DNA of 64,000 nucleotides from Candidatus Babeliales bacterium (GTDB lineage Bacteria; Babelota; Babeliae; Babelales; JBFXEV01): NCBI GenBank assembly GCA_050179755.1, contig JBFXEV010000001.1, positions 553,994 to 617,993 of the forward strand, read 5' to 3'. Shown piece by piece: positions 60,021 to 64,000 of this stretch (position 1 is its first letter; each line of letters starts with the position of its first letter). The notes under the pieces were generated by a model. It saw only the letters and a program-made list of their open reading frames with translations, ran no database searches and was not told where the DNA came from. The position numbers and the translations under genes were made by a program.

Positions 60021-62234
60021 TTAATTAATATTATCAACAATAAATTCAGAAACCGCCTCGCCAATTAAATAAGCTGCAATTGCTGTATTACCCGCATGAA
60101 TCCAGGGTTTTACATATACGCTGGTATCTGCAACGCGTAGACTGTCTACGCCAAGTACTCTGCATCGCGAATCAAGGACAGTGTTTGGATTCTTTGCTTT
60201 TCCAGTTTGTTTGTCTACTGCGCCCATTTGGCACGTACCGCTTATGTGATGTCCCCACGAGCTCCAATTTTTTATGTATTGTTTAAGTTCATCAACAGTA
60301 GCAGCATTTGGACCGGGAATAATTTCCCATGGCTGGCCAGGAATGCTGTATTTATCTTTGATGAGTGGGTTATTCATCACGTTACGTACCTCTTGAATCA
60401 TAAGAGCAATTCGTTCTATTGCTATTTCATCTTCAAAAAGTTGTTCGTGCAGTATTGGTGAAATTCTTGGATCTTTGCTTGCCAGGCGAACTGTGCCATT
60501 AGCAACGTGTGGTACTAAGTTTACTAGGTTCCAACTAAGAAACGTTCGTGGACTGGAAGTAAACATTGAAAAAAATGTTGCTCCTTGGAGCGGCACTCCT
60601 GTTTGATCAAGCGGATCATCAATATTTGGTATTAGTTGATTTCTTGGGAAATCAAAATAATTGCCTGGATATTGTGGGCCAAACCATGTTTGATCAAAAT
60701 TAAATATAAAGGCATTAAATGGTATTGCTTGGATTTTAGGGAGCGGGAATTGCCCTGTTTGTTCGCCAGCAAAATTATACCATTGGAGCGAGGATGTATT
60801 ATAAGCCAAAGGGTTTTCTGGAAACGCTGCAAGTGATGCAATGCATACAGCAAATATTTCTGGGTTAATTTGTTCTAAATTTGGGTTAAGAGCCAATATA
60901 AAAGCTGCTTGCCAAGCTGGTATAAAAACTAAAGGATTAGTTTCGTAACTTAGATACGCTTCGCAATGGTCTAGCAGATCAGATCCCACGCCTGGTAGAT
61001 TAATTTTGGTTTTTATACCTACATCTTCTAAGTGTTCTTTTGGCCCAATACCAGAGAGCATAAGCAGTTGCGGTGATTGAAGTGCACCACAGCACACGAT
61101 TACCTCTTTTTTGGCAATATAATTGGTGGTGCGGGCAGGTAAAGATTGATCAGTGTTTATTGCAAGGCAATCAGTAGGGTTTGGACAACTTTCAACGGGG
61201 CATATAACTTCAAATGCGGCGCCAGATTGTACTTCTTGCAAATATGCTTTGTCATAAGCTTTAACGCCAACTGCTTTATATTTATTTTGGTTTTTGCAGC
61301 ATGAACGTTTGTTTTCCTTCAAGATAATTTCTGAAACCAAGGTATTAAAAATAACTCTAATATTTCCTGTGTTGGCCATTTCAGGTACTAATAAATCTTG
61401 GTAGCCATAAGATCGATTCCCTGCAGCAGTAATATCTTGATCATTGTTGCCAATACCAACGATTTCTTGAGGATTACAAAAGTTTTCAAGAAAAGGTTTT
61501 TGAACCATAGCAACAACTACATCGGCGATATCTTGTGATAATTCTTCTATTGGCGTATGTTTAATTGATAACCAACCTTCTGTCGAGCAGCCATCACCTG
61601 GTGTTGCATATAGAATCTTTACTATTTTATTATACAAGCGATGTATGTTATCGCCTCTCCAGTAATCATCTTCAACAACTTCGGCAATATTATTATAGAC
61701 TTGTAATGATCCAAGTATATGTACAAAGCCATGCATATTAGATGAGCCACCTGCTCCAAGTCCACGAGGATATGCATAATATATGCCATTTTGATCAGAA
61801 GAAATAAAGTTTGCAAGATTTTGCGTTGCGTTCCAGTTGCCACAATTAGTTGAATTGGGATCTTGGTTAAATCTGTTTCTTTCAAGAACCAAATTTATAG
61901 GAATACGTATGAGATTTTTATCGAATTGAACGCGTGGGTCAGTAGATTGTAAACTGGTATCGGGGCCCGCTTCAAGAACTATTACTGAATAGCCTGCTTG
62001 TGCAAGGCGTGCTGCTACCACTGAACCAGCAGTTCCTGCCCCTACTATTATATAGTCAGCGCTATAATCAAACGATCCATGGCACGAATATTGTTTTTGG
62101 CAGCATGAGGGCAAACTACCTTTTTGGCTGTGGCCGTCTGTTTGTGCGAACGCCATATAAGGCGTAATTATATTGAGTAGTAAACTAAAAAAAATGAATT
62201 GTGCAAACATTTGTTTGCTGTGTGCTTTGTTCAT
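60021..62234 (-). CDS. Secreted GMC oxidoreductase 4
   Basis: [41 protein letters not shown]. Confidence 0.92.
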   Translation of the reverse strand: MNKAHSKQMFAQFIFFSLLLNIITPYMAFAQTDGHSQKGSLPSCCQKQYSCHGSFDYSADYIIVGAGTAGSVVAARLAQAGYSVIVLEAGPDTSLQSTDPRVQFDKNLIRIPINLVLERNRFNQDPNSTNCGNWNATQNLANFISSDQNGIYYAYPRGLGAGGSSNMHGFVHILGSLQVYNNIAEVVEDDYWRGDNIHRLYNKIVKILYATPGDGCSTEGWLSIKHTPIEELSQDIADVVVAMVQKPFLENFCNPQEIVGIGNNDQDITAAGNRSYGYQDLLVPEMANTGNIRVIFNTLVSEIILKENKRSCCKNQNKYKAVGVKAYDKAYLQEVQSGAAFEVICPVESCPNPTDCLAINTDQSLPARTTNYIAKKEVIVCCGALQSPQLLMLSGIGPKEHLEDVGIKTKINLPGVGSDLLDHCEAYLSYETNPLVFIPAWQAAFILALNPNLEQINPEIFAVCIASLAAFPENPLAYNTSSLQWYNFAGEQTGQFPLPKIQAIPFNAFIFNFDQTWFGPQYPGNYFDFPRNQLIPNIDDPLDQTGVPLQGATFFSMFTSSPRTFLSWNLVNLVPHVANGTVRLASKDPRISPILHEQLFEDEIAIERIALMIQEVRNVMNNPLIKDKYSIPGQPWEIIPGPNAATVDELKQYIKNWSSWGHHISGTCQMGAVDKQTGKAKNPNTVLDSRCRVLGVDSLRVADTSVYVKPWIHAGNTAIAAYLIGEAVSEFIVDNIN

Positions 62235-62442
62235 TACAAATCCTTTGCTTGTATTATTAAACTGCTTTTTGTTGGGTTGTTCTAGAGTTAGTTAAGCTGT
62301 TTTGGCGCCTTTCTTTTTAGCAAATTATTCCTAATATTACCTTAGCAGTTATGCTGGAAATTGCAATGCGCTGATTTTTTATTGTCACCTCTTGTGTTGT
62401 TTTGTTGCATTTGGGTACGCTAAAGTTAATAAAGGAGACGAA

Positions 62443-62853
62443 ATGCAAAAAACAATTACGTTGTTTTTGGTGATGTGTGGTCAAATGTATGCAATGGAGA
62501 AAGAACAAACTCAACAACGAATCTCAATAATGGTAGCCGCCTGGGTGGTAACGCCCGACACACCGCTTAATGAAAAAAGTGAATTTCGTTTATTTCAGTT
62601 CCCCAATGGTTCACGCAAAATTACTTATACGTCCAGGCCTCAAGGGATTTTTGAAAAGCCGTGTGATGTAAAAACAGTATTAGAATTGCCTGCATCAAGT
62701 GTGATCGACATACCCATTCATTTACATAGCTGTACAAAAGACTATTTAAAGCTAAGTGCACCACAAGACGTTCATTGGTATAAAAGTTCTATCGTAACTC
62801 ATGGTGCAGCAGTATTGAGTACGATTCTTGTTATGGCTGCACTTTTTCATTAG
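62443..62853 (+). CDS. Secreted hypothetical protein with C-terminal hydrophobic segment
   Basis: AAGGAG RBS before MQKTITL; signal peptide ending MYA-ME. Confidence 0.7.
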   Translation: MQKTITLFLVMCGQMYAMEKEQTQQRISIMVAAWVVTPDTPLNEKSEFRLFQFPNGSRKITYTSRPQGIFEKPCDVKTVLELPASSVIDIPIHLHSCTKDYLKLSAPQDVHWYKSSIVTHGAAVLSTILVMAALFH

Positions 62854-64000
62854 GGATTTCAAGCACGTGTGCATATTTGTGCGCCAAGTATAAAAGCCCT
62901 AATACGTTTGGCACTGCGACAAGTGGCAAGATAACATCTGCAATTGCCCAGGCAAGAGGCACTGCTATTAATGATCCTACAAAAATGATTAAACAGACAA
63001 AAATTACATATGCATTTACATATTTAAATTGTGTGATCGTTGCAAAGCTTTGACGGCCATTAAAGCTGTTCCCAATTACTGTGCCGATCACAAACATGCA
63101 AATTGCTGCTACAAGTAATGGTCTGCCAAGAACCGGAATATATTGATTAAAGACTTGATACATCATGGTGTTGTCAAGCGTGCCTTTTTGCCAAAGTCCA
63201 GAAATTAACACTAAAAGTCCTGATAATGTGCATAGTAGCATATCCACACAGGCAGATACCATAGCAAGAATCCCTTGATCAGATGGATGTGCAACATCTG
63301 CCATTGCATGCGGAATAGAAGAAGTTCCCATGCCAGACTCGGTAATAAAAGCACCTTTATAGACGCCAGAGCGCACTGCAGAATAAAAAGTTGCTCCTAG
63401 AAATCCGCCAAGCGCAGGCAATGGTGCAAATGAATATTTTAACACGAGGCTCAGCGCATCGAGTGTTGCGCTCCAATTGTTAATTAATATTATTAATGAA
63501 GATGAAACATAAATAAAAAACATTGCTGGTACTAGCTTGCTATTAAACTCACCAATTCGTTTGGCGCCTCCTTGTAAAAGTATGAATACTAAGATAGCAA
63601 GTGTTGCGCCAGTGACCCATGTTGGTATAGATTCTTGCGCAAGTACATCTGCAAGCACGTTTGTTTGAAGCCCTGACCAGCAAGAAAATAAAAATACTGT
63701 TGCAAACGTGTACCACCAACCAAGCCATGGATATACTTTTTGTAAATATTGCATGGGGCCGCCTACAATTTTGCCGTCTGGTTGTTGTGATCTAAAATGA
63801 ACTGCAAAGGTAACTTCTGCAAACTTGGTAACGCTTGCAACAAAAGCATAAAAAACTAACCAAAACAAAGCGCCGGGCCCGCCGACAGCAATAGCGATTG
63901 AAGGCCCCACAATAGTGCCCATGCCAATAGAAGTAGACATGGCATTAAATAATGCATAAAACGGATTAATGCCAGCCCTATCGCTGCGTTCAGTTAAACC
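62831..64000 (-). CDS. Alanine/glycine:cation symporter (AGCS family); 5' end outside the window
   Basis: STSIGMG.I.G..IAI..GGPGALFW, GGPMQYL, ES.MGTSSI.HA, QG, PNVLGL. Confidence 0.9.
   Translation of the reverse strand, partial: GLTERSDRAGINPFYALFNAMSTSIGMGTIVGPSIAIAVGGPGALFWLVFYAFVASVTKFAEVTFAVHFRSQQPDGKIVGGPMQYLQKVYPWLGWWYTFATVFLFSCWSGLQTNVLADVLAQESIPTWVTGATLAILVFILLQGGAKRIGEFNSKLVPAMFFIYVSSSLIILINNWSATLDALSLVLKYSFAPLPALGGFLGATFYSAVRSGVYKGAFITESGMGTSSIPHAMADVAHPSDQGILAMVSACVDMLLCTLSGLLVLISGLWQKGTLDNTMMYQVFNQYIPVLGRPLLVAAICMFVIGTVIGNSFNGRQSFATITQFKYVNAYVIFVCLIIFVGSLIAVPLAWAIADVILPLVAVPNVLGLLYLAHKYAHVLEIPNEKVQP

Overview
AT-rich bacterial chromosomal window. Gene content suggests an intracellular protist-associated bacterium, probably Candidatus Dependentiae/Babelota (TM6); this is inferred from the many signal-peptide orphan and ankyrin proteins and was not tested. 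Housekeeping genes include ssrA/tmRNA, smpB, tsaD, rho, secF, rpmA, thyX, polA, priA, orn, a double-domain ddl, and gmd/fcl with glycosyltransferases. Main observations: (1) about 14 secreted orphan/ankyrin proteins have Met directly after the predicted signal peptide, and one of them then shows a mitochondrial-presequence-like segment; (2) four tandem secreted GMC oxidoreductases, two with a Cys/Lys-rich leader and a near-identical beta-rich insert, one lacking the catalytic His; (3) an EndoU polymorphic toxin plus putative immunity gene flanked by an exact 25-bp direct repeat within a glycosylation cluster; (4) REP-like palindromes, two of them in-frame inside an ankyrin gene; (5) PolA with a signal-peptide-like N-terminus, several tandem orphan paralog pairs and one pseudogene. 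No CRISPR array, integrase, transposase, rRNA or tRNA was seen.
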